From Piromyces finnis finn (Eukaryota > Fungi > Neocallimastigomycota): DNA of 64,000 nucleotides. Each line of letters begins with the position of its first letter. The stretch's first letter is position 1. The stretch spans positions 1-64,000 of the forward strand of contig MCFH01000010.1 in assembly GCA_002104945.1 (NCBI GenBank), given 5' to 3'. The notes below the pieces were generated by a model that did no database searches, was not told where the DNA came from, and was given only the letters and a program-made list of their open reading frames with translations. This document shows, piece after piece, positions 45,819-56,960 of this stretch. The position numbers and the translations under genes were made by a program.

Positions 45819-46075
45819 TATTAACAACCAAAAGAATTAAATTAAATTTATATTATTAATTTATTACATTGTTCTACAAACCCATCAATTTATGTATTTG
45901 TATTAATTTAATGTATTTGTATTCAATATTTAGTGGTCTAGAATCAAGCCACAAATTGTATATAAGAAAGAAATTTTTTTTGTATTTTAAATTTTCATAG
46001 CTATCATATATTAATAATTTTAATATATTAATAAACTTTAAATATTATAAAACAAAATATAATATACAGTTTATA
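45819..46075 (+). repeat. Copia B 3' LTR
   Basis: Direct repeat of 34221-34477, followed by TSD CATAT. Confidence 0.93.
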
Positions 46076-46591
46076 CATATTAATATATATGACCTAGTAA
46101 CTAGAAAAAAAAAACAAAAAAGATTGACTAGGATAAATTAAATATTTTAAAATTATATAAAATTTTAAATAATTATTATTTTTTAATAATCATTATTATT
46201 ATAGTATTATTAATAATACTTATGTGTGGAAATTTTAATTTTATGATAGATATAAAAGTAAAAAAAAAAAGACAATTTTATTCTTGATATTATTTTTTTT
46301 TTTAAAAAAGTAAAAAGAAAAAAAAATAAATAAAGGATTAAATAATATTAAAGGCTATAGACCTTTAAAATTTAAAACATGCATATATAAAAATAAACAT
46401 TTAAATTAATTTTAATAAAAAAAAAATTCATTTTAAAGTTACCAAACTATTTTAATAAAATATATATCTTTATTTTATCTTTATTTTAAATACTATATTA
46501 CAAATTTAAATATTTAAAAATAATTGATAATAGAAAAAAACGACTATATAATAGTAATATTAACAGAATAAGAATGTATAATTAAACAAAA

Positions 46592-48361
46592 ATGAAACTA
46601 AATATATCAACTTACTTGTTAATTGCTGCATCATTATTCACTAGTATAAATACCAAATTAACCGAAAATGAAAGAAAAATATTATTAAGTCTTCATAAAT
46701 GTAATGAGGTATATCTAATGATAAGGGTTAGACTAGAAAATCATTAAGGTTAGATTAATGAAAATTTCATAATTATATTTTTATAACCAATCATTAAGTA
46801 ATTAATTCACTTATCAAATTGTATTAAAAAAAAAAAAAATAATTTTCATGTATAAAAGAGAGAATAAGAAAGATAAAATAGTTCTTTAGTGTTTTTATTA
46901 ATAATTAATAAAAATTAGTTTTTTTTTTTGTTTCGTCTTTAGTTTGATAATACACTGACCTAGCGAGTTAGTCGTATTATAATAATAAATTTAATAAATA
47001 AACATTATTAAAAAAAATACATATATTTGATACATTAGAGTGTGTGTGTTTATTATTATAATATTTCGTTACAATAAAATTGCTAGAAATTCTGTTGGTG
47101 CTTCTGATATGAAAAAAATTTCATGGAGTGATAAACTTGAAAATGATGCACAAGTATGTATTTAATTTTCAAATTAAAAAGAAAAGAAATATATCTTTTT
47201 GAATTCATTATTTTATACATTATTTATAATAAAAAAAAAAGTTATTTTTATATATAATATTGTTTCTTCTATCTTTTTTTCATTTTTAATAATTATAATA
47301 TATATGTGTGTTATTAATACTTATTTATTAATTTTATGTTAAAATTAAAAAAGAAATATGTAGATGGATGTCCCGGATTAAATCACTCAGATAGAGATTC
47401 AAGAGATGGTCACGGTGAAAATATTTCTTTTGGTAGTGGAAGTATTGAATCATTATTTAATCTTTGGACAGATGAAAAAAATAACTTTTTAAAATCAAAT
47501 TATGCTAGTAATTTTAAAGGTATTGTTTTTAATGGAAAACAAATAGGTCATTATAGTCAAGTTGTTTGGGCTGAAAATACTCAAGTAGGTTGTGGTTTGG
47601 CTGATTGTAATGGCTCTAAAAATTTAGTATGTAGATATGGAAATGGTAATAAAATTGGTGAAAAGGTTTACAGCATTTCAATAGAAAATAAAGAAGAAGA
47701 TCCGAAAATAGAAACAAAACATGAATCAAAATTAGAAACAAAAGTTGAAATAAAATCAACTACTACTATCAAAAGAACTACCACTACTATGATTAAAAAG
47801 AAAACTACAACTACTACAACTACCATAGATGTCACTATCACAAAACCTGTTGTTTCCGCCACTAACATTGAAAATGATCTTAATGATTCTTCTAATAAAC
47901 TTGCATATATTGCTACAGAACTTCCAGTAGTTACTAACACTACTATTACTCTAACAACTAATAAAACAAATATTGTTAACCAAGTTGTTTCTGAAAAACC
48001 AAAGAAATCTGAAAAAACTAATAATGTTAAAATTTCTAGCCATCCTTCAAATAATTCTTATAAAGAAATACAAGTTAATGAAAATGAAGGTGATGGTGGT
48101 ATTGTTATTACTGGTGTAGCTCTTACTGGTTCAGTTATTGGTGCTGCAGCTGCTTTTGCTTTTGTTAAAAAGAATCCAAGGCAATATGAAGAACTCAAGA
48201 GAAATATTTCCAAAAAAGCCACTAATGTTAAACGTGGTGCAACTATTCTTACTAGAAAATTAACAACAAAGAAAGTTACTCCACCTTCAACTCATAATAA
48301 TTCTGCTAATGATTATGAGTTTAACTATAGAGCTACTTTTGCTGATTCAATGGTTGTATAG
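46592..48361 (+). pseudogene. CAP/PR-1 membrane protein (CAP2) disrupted in exon 1 by a solo LTR
   Basis: The signal peptide exon (MKLNIST...LLSLHK) resumes as IARNSVGASDM after the insertion. Intron at 47154..47353. Exon 2 encodes GENI, GHYSQVVW, a stalk, TM and tail. Confidence 0.85.
46700..47073. mobile_element. 374-bp solo LTR in CAP2 exon 1
   Basis: Ends TGTAATG...TTTCGTTACA with an ATAAA duplication (46695-46699 and 47074-47078); excision restores CAT AAA ATT GCT AGA. Confidence 0.87.
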
Positions 48362-49256
48362 ATATATAAAATAATTTTTGTAAATAATCTTTGTTGTATA
48401 AAAGTTAAAAGCTATCATATTTTATATTTTATTCATAATCCTCCTATCAATCTACATGTAATTATATAAATATTTATGTTAATATTAATAAAGAAAATCC
48501 TAAATTTTTAGTATCTAAAAACAAAAACTTACAGTTAGTTTTATTTTAATTTAAAATGATAGAATGATAGAATATTAATAGATGTTATCATAAAATATTA
48601 GAAATCGAAAATCAAATAATTTCTGAAATATTTATAGCATAAACTAAGATAAAAACTAAAACAAAAATTTCATATTATAAAACTAATTTTAAAAATTAAT
48701 AGTACAATTTTTATGATAAAAATATTTTTTTATTTTCATTTTTTTTTTTAAATATACAAAAAGGAATATATACTATGAATAGTTAATAGCATAAATAGTA
48801 TGAACAACACAAGTAATACTATAAAATATATTAAAATAACTAAGTACTTTTTCTTATTAATACTTATTTAAATTATTTAAATGAATATTATAAAATCCAA
48901 CAGAAAATTTTAATATTTAATAGAATGTTACACATTTATATATGTATTATATATAAAATATTATATATTATACATTATATATTTACATTATAATATAAAT
49001 TATAAAATAATTATAAAAAAGCTTGTACTACCTATAATTAATAAATTTAAAACAGCTGTAGAATACAAAAAAAGAGAAATCTTAAAATTTTATTGGTTTT
49101 ATATTATATAAACTTTTTTTTTGTTATTATATTAATTTCTTTTTTAAAAAAAAAATTATTACTAAAAAATAATTAAGAAAAAAATGGTATAACTAATTTA
49201 TATATAAATAAAGAATTTTACTTAAAAATAAAAATTCTTTTCTACATAAAAATAAA

Positions 49257-49294
<38 letters not shown>

Positions 49295-49582
49295 AAAATT
49301 AATAAAATAAAAATAAAATGAAATATAATTATTTCATTTAAAAATAGTAAAAATAAAATAAATTAATTAATTATTTAAGGTAAATGTTCTATTGAATTTA
49401 GACAATAAACAAACAAACAAACAAAAAAAAAAATAAAAAATAAAACTAATTCTTTAATCAATATTAATGTTAAAATACTTAAATAATAAACATTTAAAGT
49501 ATTAAATTTCTAATATATTAAAATTTTATTGCTATTATACAATCAAACTATTTTACAGATTTAAAAAATATATTTAATCAAC

Positions 49583-51447
49583 ATGAAATTAAATATTTCA
49601 TCTTTATTATCTGTTGCTGTACTTTTATGTGCTGATGTTAATGCTAGCTTAACTCAAAGTGAAAAAAATACTTTATTAAGTCTTCATAAAAGTACTAGAA
49701 ATAGTGTTGGTGCTTCTGATATGAAATCACTTTCATGGAGTGATAGTCTTGCTAGTGGTGCACAAGTAATTTTTTTTTTTTTAATTTAATTTTATTATTT
49801 TATTATTATTTTATTTTTTTTTATATGTATTTCTTTATAATTATTTTATATAAAAATAAAAATTTAAAACCAAATATTTTGGTTTTGTGGAGATTTCTTA
49901 CAAATAGTAATTAATTAAATAAAATAGTAACTTGGAAAATTTATTTAATGGAATATATAATATTGATATTAGTATTAAATGAAATATTTAATAATTCATG
50001 ATTAATATATACAATAATATTAATAAAGATAATACGAAGATAAAACAATAATTAAATTAGTTTATTATGTAAAAAAAATAATAATAAAAATATTTTATTA
50101 TAGAAATAATATAAAATGGTTGATTCTAAATAATTCAAAATCATTTAATATTTAAACTTTATAAATTAATTTTTTTATTAAAATAATTAGAATTATGCTA
50201 ATTCCTGTCCAGGTTTAAATCATTCAAGCAATAGAAATGGAGCTGGTGAAAATATTTCAATTGGTAGTACTAATAGTATTTCATCATTATATCAAGGATG
50301 GGCTGATGAAAAGAGTGATTTCTTAAAATCTGGATATGCTTCCGATTTTAAGGGAGTTGAATGGAACGGTAAAAAAATTGGTCATTATAGTCAAATTGTA
50401 TGGTCTGAAAATACTCAAGTAGGTTGTGGTATAGCAAAATGTGATAGTACATATCAATTAATTTGTAGATATGGAACAGGAAACATTAGAAATAAAATGG
50501 TATACAAGGCTAGTCCACCAAAGACAACAACTACAGTAAAGAAAACAACAACTACTACAGTAAAGAAAACAACCACTACTACTGTAGAAAAGCCAAAAAC
50601 AACTAAGGTCCCAGTTCAAACCCCAGCTAAAACTTCAGCTAAAACCCCAATTCAAACACCAGCCCATAATACCAAAACTAATGCAACTAAACTTCCATTT
50701 GTTGCTCCAACTGAAAATAATAAAACTTCAAATTCATCCACTAAAAGTTTAAATGCTGCTAATAGTCCAAATGCTGCTAATAGTCCAAATGCTGCCAATG
50801 GTCCAAATGCTGCCAATGGTCCAAATGCTGTTAATGGTCCAAATGCTGTTAATGGTCCAAATGCTGTTAATGGTCCAAATGCTGCCAATGGTCCAAATGC
50901 TGTTAACGGTCCAAATGCTGTTAACGGTCCAAATGCTGTTAATGGTCCAAATGCTGTTAACGGTCCAAATGCTGTTAACGGTCCAAATGCTGTTAATGGT
51001 CCAAATGCTGTTAATGGTCCAAATGCTGTTAATGGTCCAAATGCTGTTAATGGTCCAAATGCTGTTAACGGTCCAAATGCTGCTAATAAGGAAACAAAAA
51101 GTAAATCTGATGAAAGCAATAATAAAGAAGTTCAAAATAACAAAGAAAATGACAAAGAAAAAAGTAATACTGGCTCCATAGTTGCAGGTGTTGCCATATC
51201 TGGTTCAGTTGCTGGTGCAGCAGCTGCTTTTGGCTTTATTAAAAAGAACCCAAAAAAATATGAAGAACTTAAAAGAAATATTTCTAGAAAGGCTACCCAT
51301 GTTAAACGTGGTGCAACTGTTCTTACTAGAAAATTTACTACTAAAAATTTAAAAGAAACATCTTTACCAAGTTCTAACGCTGAAGATTATGATATTAATA
51401 AGATTGGAATTAATAATTCTGAAACAAGTGACGCTATGAAAGTTTAA
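49583..51447 (+). CDS. CAP/PR-1 type-I membrane protein (CAP3) with an NA(A/V)NGP repeat stalk
   Basis: Exon 1 at 49583-49766 and exon 2 at 50191-51447 (NYANSCPGLNHS...GENI...GHYSQIVW...LICRYG); TM GVAISGSVAGAAAAF. Confidence 0.88.
50752..51087 (+). repeat. 18-bp coding minisatellite, 18 full units plus a partial unit
   Basis: AATGCTG(C/T)(T/C)AA(T/C)(G/A)GTCCA units encoding NA(A/V)N(G/S)P. Confidence 0.95.
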
Positions 51448-53210
51448 AGGACTTAAAAGCAAATATTTATATAAATAAATATATAACCATATAAACATGT
51501 TTATTAAAAAGTAAAAAAAAAAAGATAATAAGCAATAAACATTTTCTTCTCCCTTTAATATTACTTTAATAAAAAAAAAGTAAACGAGAAGGATTTAATA
51601 ATTATTTTTTATTATCTTTTTTTTTCAAAATATAGAATATTAAAAAAGAAAAAACTAAAACTAAAACTAAAAACGGGGGAAATCTTATATATATATATAT
51701 ACAATTTAGAAATAATAAAAATTAAAGAAAAGTATAAAAAAAAAAGTATTTCTCATGATAAAAAGTTATAAATAGATTTATCATGTAATAATTATTAATC
51801 TTTCTATATATATTAGTTTAATATTTTTTTAAAGATTGTAAATTATTTACTTTTTTTTTTTCTTCTATATATATCGTTTTAATATTTCAAAATTTAATAA
51901 AATATTATTGAATTTTCTTTATTATTACTTTATCCAATGTATAAAAATACGTTTGATGTTTATAATAATAATAAAAAAATAATCATAGAATGAATAGGTA
52001 TAAAAAAAAAAATTATATTTTTAACCATTAAACACTTTTTTTTTATTGTTTACATTGTTTACATTTAATGTTACATTAATCATCATGTAAATGAATATCA
52101 TTTCTCCTATAATAAATTAAAAAATTTACAAAAATAATTCTAGGTATTTATTTATTTATGAATTTATTTATTTACATAATTATTAATAAATAGTTGAAAT
52201 CAAATATTAATTTTTCGTTTTAATAAATAAGAGTATTTATAATATTTATATCTTTATAGTATTTCTAATATGCCTAATATACAGTAATGAAATTGAAATA
52301 TTATCAAAACATAGCAAATATGAAAAATTCTTTTTATTATTTAAAACTGTTGAAAATAGGTATTCAAATACAATAACCTTTTCTATACATTTACATTATG
52401 TACTATTATGTAAGAATGTATGAATATATTATTGATTTGCTATTTTTTATACTAAACTTTAAGTGAATGAATAAAATTTAATAAATTAATAAATAACCCT
52501 TTAAATTATTAAAATTTTAATAAGTGAAAAAAAAATATATTAAATTTTATAATCTTTTTAAAAAGTAATTTTTTTTTTTTTTTAATATAAAATGATTAAA
52601 AATTGTTTTTTTTAACTTTTTGTATATTTTTTAATAATAATTTAGGTTACTGTATTATTAATTTAATTAAACCTTTATTTATCTAATAAATATATAATAC
52701 TATATACATATATATGGTAGAATAATATAGATATATATAATTTATATAGGATCAATTTTAAAAATTTGATTTTTCCATATAATGTATTATATTCTTTTAA
52801 ATGGAAAAAACTTATATTTTTATATTGAAAATATTGTACTACAATAAATTAATTAATACTAGAATTATTATAGAACTTTAAATAATAACAAAAAATAATA
52901 ATATGAATTCTTAATGCCAATATTTTTATATATAAATAAACTAAAAGAATTTTTTTTTTCTTTTATAATGAACATTTGGTATTTTATATATATAAATTAA
53001 TATAAAAAATAAGCCAAAAAAAAAAAAAGAAAAAAAGAAGGAAAAATCAAGTGAATGAGAGATTAAAATATAAAATATTAATAAATAAATAAACAAATAA
53101 AATTAAAAATAAAATAAAAAATAAATAAATAAATAAATAAAATTGAAATAAATCAATTAGATTATAAAAACTCATAAAATATAAATAAACATAGATATAT
53201 ATAATTCAAA

Positions 53211-54547
53211 ATGAAATTTAATTTCTCAACTTTATTATCTGTTGCAGCTTTATTAGCTGGTGTCAATGCTAAGTTATCTGACAGTGAAAAGAGTAAATTA
53301 TTACAACTTCACAAAGAAGCTAGAAGTCGTGTTGGAGCTTCTAATATGAAATCTATTCAATGGAATGAAAAGCTTGCTGCTGAAGCTGAAGTAATTTTTT
53401 GATTATTTATATTATAGATTAAATATATAAATTAAATAAAATAGAATAAAATTAGTTTCTTATAAATATTTATTTTAAAATTAAATAGGCTTATGCCACA
53501 AAATGTTCAGTTACTGTTCACTCTAGCAGAAGTTCAAGATTAAGTGAAAGTAATGGTGAAAATCTTTCTTGGGGTGGTGGTTCTATTTCAGAATTATTCT
53601 CTCTTTGGACTGATGAAAGAAAAGATTTATTAAATGCTGGATATGTTAAAAAATTTGGTGGTGCTTTAATTGGTAAAGTACAAGTTGGTCATTACTCTCA
53701 AGTTGTTTGGGCTAAGAACGATCAAGTTGGTTGTGGTGCCCACAGTTGTGGTTCAGCTACTCAATTAGTCTGTAGATATGGTACTGGTAACAATATTGGT
53801 GAACCAGTTTACGTTGGTGGTGAGGGTTATTCTGATTCAAAATCTGAAAAGGATAAAGAACCAAAGCATGAAGAAAAGAAACCAGAACCAAAACCAACTA
53901 CTAGAAAGACCACTACTACCACTACTACCACTACTACCACTATTAAAAGAACTACCACTACCACTACTAAGGCTCCAGTAACCACCAAGGTTGCTCAAGC
54001 TACCAAGAATGTTGTTTCTACTAAGGTTCCAGCTGCTACTAAGGTCCCAGGTAGTGTTACTACTTCTAAGGTCCCAGCTGTTACTCCAGCTGTAAAACAA
54101 GTTAACCCATTTGTTGTACCAGCAACTAAACAAGCTGAAAATCCAGTTACTAAACAAGTTGAAAACCCAGTTACTAAGCAAGTTGAAAAGTCAGCTACTA
54201 AGAAGGTTAATGAAAAAACTGAAAAGAAGGATAATGAAACCAATAATAAAGAAATCGAAGGTAGTGAAAAGAGTGAAAATAAGGATGAAGGAGGCAATGG
54301 CATCGTTACTGGTGTTGCCATTTCTGGTTCTGTTGTTGGTGCTGCCGCAGCCTTTGCTTTTGTTAAGAAGAACCCAAAGAAGTATGAAGACATTAAGAGA
54401 AGTATCAGTAGAGGTACTACTACTATTAAGCGCGGTGCTACTTCCATTACAAGAAGAGTTACTTCCAAGAAAACTACTCCACCAGTTAACGCCAACATGA
54501 ATGATTACACCTATAGAGCTGACTTATCTAATATTTTAACTGCTTAA
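53211..54547 (+). CDS. CAP/PR-1 type-I membrane protein (CAP4)
   Basis: Exon 1 at 53211-53390 and exon 2 at 53489-54547 (AYATKCSVTVHS...GENLSW...GHYSQVVW...LVCRYG), Thr-rich stalk, TM GVAISGSVVGAAAAF, tail ending YTYRADLSNILTA. The ORF track missed exon 2 because it has no start codon. Confidence 0.9.
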
Positions 54548-56960
54548 AAAGTAGTAAATTTAAAATTTTCAAAAAATTAATAATATATATATTTACATAC
54601 ATATATATATAATTAAGATGAAAAAGCTATGTATATATTTTTTTATGAATTAATAATATCTCTTTCTACAGCTAAAAACCTTTTTTTTAAAAATATTTTT
54701 ATTATGGTATATAATTAGAGAATACAAAAAGAAGTATTGAAATAAAAAATTTTTTATAAAAAAGTTTTGATATTGTGAAGTAAAAGGAGAGATTATTATT
54801 AATTAAACAATACTAATATAGATTTTTTTAAAGGAAAAAAAAACACTTTAAATACAAACGGTAATTATCGTAAAAAGCTTTATTATACAATTATTCATAA
54901 TAACAAGGATCCTCATTAATTCACAAAAATACCTCATTCACATAGTAAATGCAAAAAAAACATAAATAATAATAAGAATTTAAAAAAAAAAATAAAAATT
55001 CTTACTACAAAAAAAAACAACACATTACATAACCAAACAATTTATAATTTCATAATAATAATAATAAATTTATTAGTAAAAAAAAAAATTTTTTTTTATG
55101 CATTTTTCTTTATTTAAACCTAATTATTTTTTTTTATATAATCCTATAAATAAATAAAAATTGTTTTTTTTTTTTAAAAAAAATATAATTAAATTTATAA
55201 TAGAACATTTTAGTTTCTTAGTTTTAACAAATAAATAGTTTATTTAATTTAAAATCATGTTAATACAAATCAACAGAAACTAATAAAAAGAATATATTAT
55301 TATTAGTATTATGAATTATAAAGGAATCAAAATTTCAAATAATAATTTGATTATCGAAACATAAATATTTTTAAAAATAATAATAATAGCATTAAAAATG
55401 AAATAAAATAAAAACTCTATTAAAACAAAAGTTTTATTATTTATTTATTTTTTATATTTCTTAATATGTTTCTATTTTAAGAAAAAGTGAAAAAGGATGA
55501 ACCATCTTTAACAAATTAAAAAAAAAAATCTTTTATTTTTAATTCTAAAATATTATTAAAAATTAAGAATAAATTCTCAGTTCTTTTTACAGCATTGTTA
55601 AAGTAGCTGTGAAATAATTTTTAAACTTTTTAAATTTTTATTAAATACCTATATTAAATTTTTTTTATTTATTTCCTATAATTAATAATAAAATCTACTT
55701 TTTTTTTTAACTCTTTTTTTAATCATATATATTACAATTAATTGATTATATGTTAATATAATGGATTACAAAAATATGAAACAGGATGAATCCTTTCAAC
55801 TATGTATCCAATAATCTAAAAGAAAATTTTATATAACAATTCAAATTAATATATGACTAATATGTAGATCAATATAAAATAGAAAGATTCAATATCGTTC
55901 TTTATTTTTACAAGATTTCTTATAATTAAATGATATATATATTTATGGTAAAGGGAAAAAGAAAATTATACAAAAAAAGTAAAACAATAAATGGAAATAG
56001 TATTACTAAATTTGTTTAAAAATTAATCCATATATCATCAATTCGCTTATTGTATTATTATTTAATAAAAAAATAAAATTATATTCCAAAGTTAATAGTT
56101 ATTATCAATTACTAAAATCACAAGTAATGATAAAGCCTTTTAAAGTTTAATTCATTCTACCTAAAAAAAAAAAAAAACTTTAACATTTTAAATATCATGT
56201 GATCAGATAGTTTTATATATATTTTTTTTTAAAAAAAAAAGATATTATTTTTGTTGAGAGACTTTTTTTTTTTTTTATCGTGTAACCATAATAATTAGGT
56301 AGAAAGAAATTCTTTTTTTTTTTTTTTTTTTATATATATATAATTTCATATCATTTTAAAATAATACTTTATTATGCCGTAAAAACAAAAGATCGTTGGT
56401 AATTTTTGAAATTTTAACCCATTATTAAATATATATAGTAATATATACTAATTGCTATTGAAACTACACTTTCATAATCAAGTATAGATCAATAGAATAT
56501 TTGGTTTTTAAAGTGAAATATCTTGTAATTTCATATATTTTTTTTATATAAAAATAAGAAATAGTTTTTTATTTATTATTTATTTTGTTAAATTTTTTTT
56601 TTAAAATAAAAAAGTATAAAAAATTTTAGATAAATGCAATGCTGATTATCTATTAATTCTTGTAAAAAATAAAAGATAATGTCAAATATTATTTAAAAAT
56701 AAAGATAAAATTAAATATTGCATATAGTTTTTTAATTGCTTTAATATGGGGAGAAATAATAATATTCAATTGAAAAAAATAACTATTAAAAAAAAAATAG
56801 AAAAAAAAATTATATATACATGATTTTTTTTTTTTTTACTATTAAATTGTTATATTTATATAAATTTGAATTTTGAATTTTATTGATCCCAATTATTATT
56901 AATATATCTTTTTACATCTAAATCTCCCCTATTTTTGAAAAACTTAAAATCATATATTTC

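Larger units (their letters stand above)
34221..46075 (+). mobile_element. Ty1/copia LTR retrotransposon (copia B) with TA...TA termini, host of two nested insertions
   Basis: 257-bp direct repeats at 34221-34477 and 45819-46075, TSD CATAT on both sides, PBS GATTAAGAGTCTCA at 34478, PPT GAGGAGGAC before 45819, copia domain order. Confidence 0.95.

Noticed and set aside
50652-51181. Alternative-frame and antisense repeat ORFs (AFGPLT, NSIWT, VQMLL repeats)
   Set aside because: By-products of a stop-free 18-bp repeat. Only the frame continuous with CAP and TM is supported.
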